A stretch of 64,000 nucleotides of DNA from Chloroflexi bacterium 13_1_40CM_65_17 (GTDB lineage Bacteria; Chloroflexota; Dormibacteria; Dormibacterales; Dormibacteraceae): contig MNES01000084.1 of the NCBI GenBank assembly GCA_001917815.1, forward strand, positions 12,825 through 76,824. Reading direction: 5' to 3'. The translations under genes were made by a program, and so were the position numbers. A model generated the notes under the pieces. The model ran no database searches and had not been told where the DNA came from. It was given only the letters and a program-made list of their open reading frames with translations. This document shows positions 49,802 to 64,000 of this stretch, piece by piece; position 1 is the stretch's first letter; every line of letters starts with the position of its first letter.

Positions 49802-51472
49802 TCAGTGTGCAGCGATGTAAATATCCGCAGGAAAGAGTGCGCCGGGCCAGACGTCGACGGAAGTCGGAGTCACAGCGCGCACGTACGGCCGCACCAGGCT
49901 CCAGGTCACCGACTGGGCCAGAACCGCCACGGGCAGGTCCGTCGCCAGCAGCTTCTGGGCCTGCCTGTACTCCTGGTCGCGGCGGTCGGGCTGAAGGTCT
50001 GAGGCGGCTGACTTCACGAAATTGTCGTACTGCTTGTTCTGGTAGAGGGCGAAGTTGTTCGAGCTGGTGGTGAGGAAGATGCCGAACCAGTCAGATGGAT
50101 CGGGATAGTCGGCCATCCAGCCCAGGGGTCCGGCAATTTGAAAGTCACCCGAATAGAGACGCGAACTGAGAGTGTTGCCATCGAGCGCTTCCAGCGTCAA
50201 GTCGACGTCAAGGTTGGCCTTGAGCTGGTCGTGGATGAACTTGGCCGTGGCCTTGCCGAAATCAGACGTCTGGTCGTACGAAAACTTCACGCCCGAAAGC
50301 TGCTTGGCGGTCACACCCGACGCCGCCAGTAGCGCGCGCGCCTGCGCGACGTCGAATGTCAGCGTCGAGCCGAGGTCAGGAGCGTAGCCATGCATGCCTT
50401 TAGGGATGAACGTCTGGGACGGCATGCCCTGGCCCTGGAAGATCTGCGCGATGAACGCGTCGCGATCGATCGCGGTCGCGATCGCCTGTCGCACCTTCGG
50501 GTTGTTCAGGGGCGCTGCGTTGATGCGAAACGTGATCCAGAACACCGTCAGCGCGGGCGTCTTGACGAGATACTGCTTCAGCTGCGCATCGCCAGCCACG
50601 CCGGCCGCCTGCGCCGGCTGCACGTCTATGGAGTCCAGCTCGCCATTCTTGAACTTGGTGAGCGCGACTGCACCGTCATTGACAACGACGAAGGTGATGG
50701 CGGTCAGCTTCGGCTTCGCACCCCAGTAATGCGTGTTCGGGACGACCGTGATGTGATCGTGGACGACCAGCTCGCTGACTCGGAATGGTCCGTTGGTCGC
50801 GAGCGATTCCGGTGTGGTTGCCCACTTGTCTCCGTTCTTCGTCACCACGTCCTGCCTGATCGGCGCGCCGGCGGGCATGGCGGCGATCCACACGAACGCC
50901 GGGTTGGGATGCGAAAGCGTGACCTGGAACGTGGAGTCGTCCAACGCCTTCAGCCCAATCGCGTCGAGCGCGCCCTCGATGCGCGAGGCGTCGCGCTGCG
51001 GGTCGAGCACCGCGACCGCCTCCCCATTGAGGATCGCGCTGGAGAAGAATGTTTCATTGGGCGCGGCGAGGCGCGGGTCGATCAAGCGCCGCCACGCATA
51101 CACGAAGTCCTGCGCCTTGACCGGAGTGCTGTCCCAATACTGCGCCGTCTTGCGTAGGTGAAAGACGTAGACCGTCCCGTTGTTGGCCACGTCGTAGCTC
51201 TGCGCAGCCGCGGGCATCAAACCATTGAGATCCGCAGTGGGTTTCAGGAGGGGTTCAGAGATCGTCCGCAGCACCGCGGTTTCGTATGGGTATTGAGTCT
51301 GACCCGGGTCGAGCGTCGCCGGCTGATCGTCGAGCTGCACTCGCAGCGTTTGGTCCTTGGCCAAGCGAGGGCCCTGGGTAAGCGGCGCCGTGGGTGCGTT
51401 GCAGGCTGTGGCGATGGCCGATGCGAGGACGGCCAGCGCAGCGGCGCGAAGCAGCCTCGAGCTTGGGGTCAC
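49802..51472 (-). CDS. second peptide ABC transporter substrate-binding lipoprotein (family 5 SBP paralogue)
   Basis: Signal peptide with lipobox IATAC. Length and pattern are parallel to the neighbouring SBP. Confidence 0.85.
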   Translation of the reverse strand: MTPSSRLLRAAALAVLASAIATACNAPTAPLTQGPRLAKDQTLRVQLDDQPATLDPGQTQYPYETAVLRTISEPLLKPTADLNGLMPAAAQSYDVANNGTVYVFHLRKTAQYWDSTPVKAQDFVYAWRRLIDPRLAAPNETFFSSAILNGEAVAVLDPQRDASRIEGALDAIGLKALDDSTFQVTLSHPNPAFVWIAAMPAGAPIRQDVVTKNGDKWATTPESLATNGPFRVSELVVHDHITVVPNTHYWGAKPKLTAITFVVVNDGAVALTKFKNGELDSIDVQPAQAAGVAGDAQLKQYLVKTPALTVFWITFRINAAPLNNPKVRQAIATAIDRDAFIAQIFQGQGMPSQTFIPKGMHGYAPDLGSTLTFDVAQARALLAASGVTAKQLSGVKFSYDQTSDFGKATAKFIHDQLKANLDVDLTLEALDGNTLSSRLYSGDFQIAGPLGWMADYPDPSDWFGIFLTTSSNNFALYQNKQYDNFVKSAASDLQPDRRDQEYRQAQKLLATDLPVAVLAQSVTWSLVRPYVRAVTPTSVDVWPGALFPADIYIAAH

Positions 51473-51501
51473 GCTTCAATCATCCCATTGTTGGTACTGG
51501 C

Positions 51502-51534
51502 AAAAACAAAGGGGCAACCCTGGCGGGCGCCCCC
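51502..51534 (-). terminator. second intrinsic terminator downstream of rpoC
   Basis: Minus strand GGGGC...GCCCC hairpin followed by TTTGTTTTT. Confidence 0.55.
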
Positions 51535-51582
51535 TGTGCACGTACGCTGACTCTAACCCAAAACAACGCAATTGTGTCGGTC

Positions 51583-51618
51583 AAAAAAAGGGAGAGACCG
51601 CACGTACAGCCTCTCCCC
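51583..51618 (-). terminator. intrinsic terminator downstream of rpoC
   Basis: Minus strand GGGGAGAGGCTGTACGTGCGGTCTCTCCC hairpin followed by TTTTTTT, starting 9 nt after the rpoC stop. Confidence 0.8.
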
Positions 51619-51626
51619 AATCGTTT

Positions 51627-55868
<4,242 letters not shown>

Positions 55869-55886
55869 GTTGTCCCTCTTCTCCTA

Positions 55887-56029
55887 CTATTCCGCCGAGT
55901 CTTCCCCGAGCTCTTCGCGCTCGAGGCTGATACCGAGGTCCAGCGGGATCTCGGGGATGTCGGAACCCCACGAAATCTGCGATTTCGCGGGGACCCCGTG
56001 TCTTATTGAATGCCGCGAAGAAGACATCT

Positions 56030-56033
<4 letters not shown>
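55887..56033 (-). CDS. 48-aa ORF coupled to rpoB that carries a duplicate of the RpoB C-terminal 24 residues
   Basis: ATG overlaps the rpoB TGA (GAATGA). Translation [48 protein letters not shown]. The 72-nt duplicate differs from rpoB at 10 sites, all synonymous. Confidence 0.65.
55966..55992 (-). repeat. 12-bp-arm hairpin inside the rpoB-rpoC spacer ORF (related to 37974-38000)
   Basis: Minus-strand RNA CCCCGCGAAAUC-GCA-GAUUUCGUGGGG, 12 bp including one G-U. The plus strand would carry an A-C mismatch. Confidence 0.7.
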
Positions 56034-59569
<3,536 letters not shown>

Positions 59570-59732
59570 TCAGGACTCCTTAAAAGGGAAAAAGGGCGCG
59601 CTCAGGAAATAGGCAAGATGAGCGGCCGGGCGTGCACGAAACGCCAGTATACGACGTCACGACCCCGTTGTGGGAACGCGAAATCGAGGCTAGGAGGACC
59701 CCTCCTGACCGAAGTGCGGGCACTATAGCATT

Positions 59733-59786
59733 CCTCCCCACACGTGGGGAGGTGGCTGCCGCCGCAGGCGCCAGCCGGTGGGGAGG
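59733..59786 (+). repeat. composite SD/anti-SD palindromic repeat, copy G (plus strand; distal arm is the SD of the aminotransferase gene)
   Basis: Plus-strand reading: CCTCCCCAC-AC-GTGGGGAGG / T / GGCTG-CCGCCGCAGGCGC-CAGCC / G / GTGGGGAGG, then 12 nt and the ATG at 59799. Confidence 0.85.
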
Positions 59787-59798
59787 TACGTTTAACCA

Positions 59799-60947
59799 AT
59801 GCCCGACTGGAAGGCCTTCCGCCACCAGTTCCCACTCCTCGACCGCTATATCTACCTGAACGCCTGTTCGCTCGGTCCTCTCCCCCGGCGCGGCCGGGCC
59901 GCCCTCGAGCGCTACGCCAACGATTGGGATACGAAGGGCACGCCGGTCTGGTACTCCGACTGGCTCCCGCTCCTGGAACGGCTCCGCACCCGGGTCGGCG
60001 CGCTGCTGAACGCGCCCCGGGGGTCGACGGCGATCGCGCCATCCGTGTCGGTTGCCCTCACGACGCTCGCCTCAGGCCTGCCGCTCCCGCCTGGTCGCAA
60101 CAAGGTCCTGATCGGCGAGCTCGACTTCCCCACGATCGGCCACCAGTGGCTGTCGCGCCCCGAATTCGAGGTCGAGTTCGTGCCCAGCGCCGACGGCATG
60201 ACCATCCCCCCGGAGGCTTTCGCCGAACGCATCGACCGGCGGACCGCCCTCGTGGCGACGACCCACCTCTTCTACACGACCGGCTACCTGCAGGACGTCC
60301 GGGCGATCGCGGACGCCGCCCACACGGCGGGCGCCCTCTGTCTCATCGACGGCTACCAGACCTGCGGCTGCGTGCCCATCGACGTGGACGCCATGGGTTG
60401 CGACGCCTTCGTCGGCGGGTGCCTCAAGTGGCTTTCCGGCGGTCCGGGCACCGCCTTCCTTTACGTGAGGCCGGAGCTGATCCCAGACGTCAGGCCTCAC
60501 GGAACCGGCTGGTTCGCCACCCGCGATCCGTTCTCGTTCACCCTGAGCGAGCTTGATTTCGCCGACGATGCCCGGCGGCTGGAGACCGGTACGTGGGCGA
60601 TGGCCTGCCACTACGCCGGCCTGGCCGGATTGGAGCTCATCCTCGAGGTCGGCGTCGAACACATCCAGGAGCGGCTGCGCGACCTCACCGATCGCATCTT
60701 GGAACGCTGCGAGGCCGCCGGGGTCAAAACTTTTACGCCCCGGGAGCGGGAGCGGCGCTGCGGGATCGTGACCCTCGAGTCGGCCCACCCCGAGGAAGTG
60801 GAGCAGGCTCTCCACAAGGCCGGCGTGATCGTCGATTCGCGACCACACCGCGTGCGCCTCTCACCTCATTGGTGCGTGACCGAATCCGAGCTCGAGCGCG
60901 GGATGGATATGGTCCTCGAGCAACTGGCCGCCGCGACGCTTACTTGA
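59799..60947 (+). CDS. class V (kynureninase/cysteine desulfurase-like) PLP-dependent aminotransferase
   Basis: 382 aa. [14 protein letters not shown] fits a PLP-lysine region of the kynureninase-like type. Confidence 0.75.
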   Translation: MPDWKAFRHQFPLLDRYIYLNACSLGPLPRRGRAALERYANDWDTKGTPVWYSDWLPLLERLRTRVGALLNAPRGSTAIAPSVSVALTTLASGLPLPPGRNKVLIGELDFPTIGHQWLSRPEFEVEFVPSADGMTIPPEAFAERIDRRTALVATTHLFYTTGYLQDVRAIADAAHTAGALCLIDGYQTCGCVPIDVDAMGCDAFVGGCLKWLSGGPGTAFLYVRPELIPDVRPHGTGWFATRDPFSFTLSELDFADDARRLETGTWAMACHYAGLAGLELILEVGVEHIQERLRDLTDRILERCEAAGVKTFTPRERERRCGIVTLESAHPEEVEQALHKAGVIVDSRPHRVRLSPHWCVTESELERGMDMVLEQLAAATLT

Positions 60948-61335
60948 TCTCGGCGGTCGCCCCTGCTTCCTTCAACCTCGCCACCGCCTTCTCCGCGTCC
61001 GCCTTGCTTACGTTCTCGAGCACGGGCTTCGGCGCGGCGTCGACCAGGTCCTTGGCCTCTTTCAGGCCGAGCTGGGTCAGCTCCCGGACGGCTTTGATCA
61101 CGTTGATCTTGCTCTCGCCCACCGCGGCCAGGTTGACCGTGAATTCGGTCTTTTCCTCTTCCGCGGCGCCGTCAGCCGAACCGCCCGCGGCGGGGGCGGC
61201 GGCCACCGCCGCGACTGGAGCCGCGGCCTTGATGCCGAACTCGTCTTCGATCGCCTTGACGGCCTCGACGACGTCGAGGATCGTCCAGTCCTTGAGCGCC
61301 TCTACGAAATCCTTCGGTGTGACCTTTGTTGCCAT
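60940..61335 (-). CDS. rplL: 50S ribosomal protein L7/L12
   Basis: Ala-rich hinge and C-terminal [23 protein letters not shown]. Confidence 0.96.
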   Translation of the reverse strand: MATKVTPKDFVEALKDWTILDVVEAVKAIEDEFGIKAAAPVAAVAAAPAAGGSADGAAEEEKTEFTVNLAAVGESKINVIKAVRELTQLGLKEAKDLVDAAPKPVLENVSKADAEKAVARLKEAGATAEIK

Positions 61336-61341
61336 CTCTAC

Positions 61342-61875
61342 CTACGCTGCCTCCAATTTCGATTTGTATGCGTTCAGCACCCCGATGAGCTGCTGAACAG
61401 GGGTTTGCATGATTCCGACGAGCTGCGCGACGGGCGATTGAAGCGTGCCCAGCAGCTGGGCGAGGAGAACTTCGCGGGACGGAAGATCCGCCAGCTGCTT
61501 GATCTGGTCGCGGTCGACGACCCGGCCCTCGACGAGACCGCCGACCACCTCGAGCTTCAGCCGGGTGGTCCGGACGAACTCGTTGATGAGCCGCGGCGGG
61601 AGGCTCATGTCTTCGTAGCCGAACGCAATCGCGACCGGGCCTTTGAGCTCGGACTCGAGCGCGGGATACCCGGCCGCGTCCGCAGCGCGCCGCGCGAGCG
61701 TGTTCTTCACCACGCGGTACTCGACATTCCCTGTCCGCAGCTTTCCCCGAAGGTCTTGCATCTGGCTGACGGTCAGCCCGCGGTAGTCGGTGAGCACGGC
61801 CACCTTCGCCTTCTTCAGCTTCTCCATCAGAAGCTCGACCTGCTCGGCTTTCTGTTCTTTCCCGGCCTTTGGCAA
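61342..61875 (-). CDS. rplJ: 50S ribosomal protein L10
   Basis: (L)PKAGKEQKAEQVELLMEKLKKAKVAVLTDYRGLTV. TTG at 61875 lies 8 nt after GGGAGGA. The track start is rejected. Confidence 0.92.
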   Translation of the reverse strand: MPKAGKEQKAEQVELLMEKLKKAKVAVLTDYRGLTVSQMQDLRGKLRTGNVEYRVVKNTLARRAADAAGYPALESELKGPVAIAFGYEDMSLPPRLINEFVRTTRLKLEVVGGLVEGRVVDRDQIKQLADLPSREVLLAQLLGTLQSPVAQLVGIMQTPVQQLIGVLNAYKSKLEAA

Positions 61876-62014
61876 AAAGAAAATCCTCCCTGCCCACACA
61901 GAGGCACGAAGGATCGGATGTCCTTCACTTCTGATCGCCTCGGTAGGAAATTAAGCCTGCCTTGCGACAGGGCACCTACGGTCTAGGGCAGGTCGCGAAT
62001 TATACGGAGTCGGC
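61876..62014 (-). promoter_or_regulatory. rplJ 5' leader with a perfect TATAAT box; possible L10 autoregulatory leader
   Basis: Minus strand TATAAT at 62004-61999, then a CCTGCC...GGCAGG stem. The position matches known L10 leaders, but no model was run. Confidence 0.3.
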
Positions 62015-62746
62015 TCAGCTCGAGGTGTGGAGCTTCGCTGCTTCCTTGACGTCGACGGGGACCGATGGTCCCTGGGTGGCGGCCAGGTAGAACGTGCGCA
62101 AGTACTGCCCTTTCGACGTGGACGGCTTGTTGCGGATCAGGGCGTCCACCAGCGCGCTGAGGTTCTGGTGCAGCTGCGTACGGTCGAAGGACACCTTTCC
62201 GATTGGCGCATGGACGATCCCGAACTTGTCGGTCCGGAACTCCACCTTCCCGCCCTTCACCTCGCGCACCGCGCGCGCCACGTCTTGAGTGACCGTGCCC
62301 GACTTGGGGTTGGGCATCAGACCTCGGGGGCCGAGAATCTTGCCCAACGGCCCGACCCGAGACATCATGTCCGGAGTCGCGACCGCGGCGTCGAAGTCGG
62401 TCCAGCCCTCGGACACCCGCTTGACAAGGTCCTCGCCACCGACGAAATCCGCGCCCGCCTCCTGCGCCTCACGAGCCTTGTCGCCTACTGCGAAGACAGC
62501 CACGCGAACCTTCTTTCCGGTCCCGTTGGGCAGGACGACCGACCCGCGCACCATCTGCTCAGCATGGCGCGGATCGACGCCGAGGCGAATGTGTGCCTCC
62601 ACAGTGGCGTCGAACTTGGAGATCGACGTCTCCTTGGCGAGCGCGACGGCTTGTTCGGGGTCGAGGCCGCCGTTGCCGTTGGCGGCCACAGCCGCCTCGA
62701 CCTTCTTCGCCGCCTCGATGTACTTCTTGCCGTGCCGCTTCGACAT
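62015..62746 (-). CDS. rplA: 50S ribosomal protein L1
   Basis: [16 protein letters not shown]... Confidence 0.96.
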   Translation of the reverse strand: MSKRHGKKYIEAAKKVEAAVAANGNGGLDPEQAVALAKETSISKFDATVEAHIRLGVDPRHAEQMVRGSVVLPNGTGKKVRVAVFAVGDKAREAQEAGADFVGGEDLVKRVSEGWTDFDAAVATPDMMSRVGPLGKILGPRGLMPNPKSGTVTQDVARAVREVKGGKVEFRTDKFGIVHAPIGKVSFDRTQLHQNLSALVDALIRNKPSTSKGQYLRTFYLAATQGPSVPVDVKEAAKLHTSS

Positions 62747-62748
62747 CG

Positions 62749-63177
62749 CTACTCGATGACCTCCAGGCCCATCGATCGCGCGGTGCCCTCGATCATCTTC
62801 ATGGCTGCCTCGGTCTCATAAGCGTTGAGGTCCTTGCGCTTGGTCTCGACGATCTGCCGGACCTGCTGCCGAGTGACGCGGCCGATCTTCTCGCGGTTCG
62901 GCTTGGGAGATCCCTTGTCGACGCCGGCCGCGCGCTTGAGCAGGTTCACCGTGGGCGGGGTCTTGAGGACGAACGTGAAGGTCCGGTCCTCGAAGATCGT
63001 GATCTCGGCGGGTACGACGTCGCCGGCCTGCGCGGCCGTGCGCTCGTTGTACGCCTTGGTGAACTCCATGATGTTGATGCCGTGAGGCCCGAGCGCCGTG
63101 CCTACCGGCGGTGCGGGCGTCGCCCTTCCGGCCTGCAGCTCGAGCTTCAAGATGGCGCGAACTTTCTTCTTGCCCAC
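62749..63177 (-). CDS. rplK: 50S ribosomal protein L11
   Basis: [32 protein letters not shown] overlaps the nusG stop (TAGTG). Confidence 0.96.
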   Translation of the reverse strand: MGKKKVRAILKLELQAGRATPAPPVGTALGPHGINIMEFTKAYNERTAAQAGDVVPAEITIFEDRTFTFVLKTPPTVNLLKRAAGVDKGSPKPNREKIGRVTRQQVRQIVETKRKDLNAYETEAAMKMIEGTARSMGLEVIE

Positions 63178-63737
63178 TAGTGGACCTTCTCGACCTGTAG
63201 CAGGTCCAGCTCGACCGGTGTCTCACGGCCGAACATGTTGACCAGCACCTTGAGCTTGCCCTTCTCCGGGTTGATCTCGTCGACCTTGCCATGGAAGTCG
63301 GTGAACGGCCCGTCGACCACCCGCACGGACTCGCCGACCTGGAACTCAACGCGGATCTTCGGCGCTTCCTGCTTCATCTGCTTCTGGATGGCCCGGACCT
63401 CTTTCTCTTGAAGCGGGACCGGGCTGTTGGCCGAGCCGACGAAGCTGGTCACGCCCGGGGTGTTGCGCACCACGAACCACGAGTCGTTGGACATCACCAT
63501 GCGAACCAGGATGTAGCCCGGGAAGATGCGCTTCTGGACGTGGCGCCGTTTGCCGTCCTTGATCTCGATCTCGTCTTCCATCGGGACGAGCACTTGAAGG
63601 ATCTTGTCCTGCATGTCCATGGACTCGATCCTCTTCTCGAGGTTCTTCTTGACCTTCTCTTCGTGGCCCGAGTAGGCGTGGACGACGTACCACTGGGCTT
63701 CTTGCTCCGGGGAGCCGGTCGTCTTCTCGACTGCCAT
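63177..63737 (-). CDS. nusG: transcription termination/antitermination factor NusG
   Basis: [17 protein letters not shown] domain and C-terminal KOW ([18 protein letters not shown]). Confidence 0.95.
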   Translation of the reverse strand: MAVEKTTGSPEQEAQWYVVHAYSGHEEKVKKNLEKRIESMDMQDKILQVLVPMEDEIEIKDGKRRHVQKRIFPGYILVRMVMSNDSWFVVRNTPGVTSFVGSANSPVPLQEKEVRAIQKQMKQEAPKIRVEFQVGESVRVVDGPFTDFHGKVDEINPEKGKLKVLVNMFGRETPVELDLLQVEKVH

Positions 63738-63970
63738 CAGTGGCCTGCCGGGTAGAGGAAGCGTCGCGCCGTTTCGCTCAGTAGGTAGTCCGTGCCGCCG
63801 ATGAAAATGCCCAGCACGATGACCGTGAAGATCACCACCAGCGTGTACCGGTAGAGCTCACCCCACGTCGGCCACACTACTTTGCGCAGCTCGTCGAAGA
63901 CCTCGCGCAGGAAACGACCGACGCCGCCTTCGGCGGTCGGTTCGGAACGCTTTCGTGCGGTTACGGCCAC
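63737..63970 (-). CDS. secE: preprotein translocase subunit SecE
   Basis: 77 aa. FLREVFDELRKVVWP followed by a single TM helix, in the secE-nusG context. Confidence 0.88.
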   Translation of the reverse strand: MAVTARKRSEPTAEGGVGRFLREVFDELRKVVWPTWGELYRYTLVVIFTVIVLGIFIGGTDYLLSETARRFLYPAGH

Positions 63971-63973
63971 GAC

Positions 63974-64000
63974 TTATTTGGTCTCCTTGTGCGGGGTGTG
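63974..64000 (-). CDS. rpmG: 50S ribosomal protein L33, 3' end only (truncated by the window edge)
   Basis: The minus strand reads ...HTPHKETK followed by a stop, in the usual position upstream of secE. Confidence 0.55.
   Translation of the reverse strand, partial: HTPHKETK

Noticed and set aside
49754-50002. 82-aa plus-strand ORF with an internal ATG (49778) preceded by AGGAGGTGAC
   Set aside because: Apart from its first few codons it is antisense to the 3' end of the second SBP gene, with no recognisable family. The SD-like string can equally be read as spacer sequence of the minus-strand operon.

Overview
GC-rich bacterial chromosomal core segment, recognised by eye from the translations; no searches were run. 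Nearly all genes are on the minus strand. From left to right:
- erpA-like Fe-S carrier and groES-groEL behind a perfect CIRCE operator.
- A tightly coupled housekeeping run: DUF2007-like gene, tsaD, rimI, tsaB, tsaE, thiL, thiE, an RsrA-like ZAS anti-sigma with its ECF sigma, alr, an acpS/NAD(P)HX-dehydratase fusion, glmS, cdaR, cdaA and argF.
- A small mixed block: membrane protein, acyl-CoA ligase, RHH mini-ORF, DUF1326, F420-type LLM oxidoreductase, metallophosphoesterase and a CX5R phosphatase.
- rpsI, rplM, truA and a contiguous alpha, spc, S10 and str ribosomal super-operon (rplQ through rpsL, including tuf and fusA).
- A divergent methyltransferase and an Opp/Dpp-type ABC transporter with two lipoprotein binding proteins.
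- rpoC and rpoB, a divergent class-V aminotransferase, then rplL, rplJ, rplA, rplK, nusG, secE and the 3' end of rpmG.

No rRNA, tRNA, CRISPR array, transposase or phage gene was recognised. Many long plus-strand ORFs in the track are antisense shadows of real genes.

Most notable observations:
1. A 48-codon ORF start-stop coupled to rpoB. Its last 24 residues are identical to the RpoB C-terminus, and the two DNA copies differ only by 10 synonymous changes.
2. A seven-copy composite repeat built from one anti-SD-like arm (CCTCCCCAC) and two SD-like arms (GTGGGGAGG) around a small GC hairpin. It shows compensatory arm substitutions. Two copies supply the SD of a downstream gene, and three are read in frame inside protein C-termini.
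3. Four conserved genes (tsaD, thiE, alr, a tyrosine phosphatase) whose conserved N-termini have no ATG, GTG or TTG start and begin exactly at the upstream stop codon.
4. Many ribosomal proteins with unusual extensions, including a His/Asp repeat tail on uL4.
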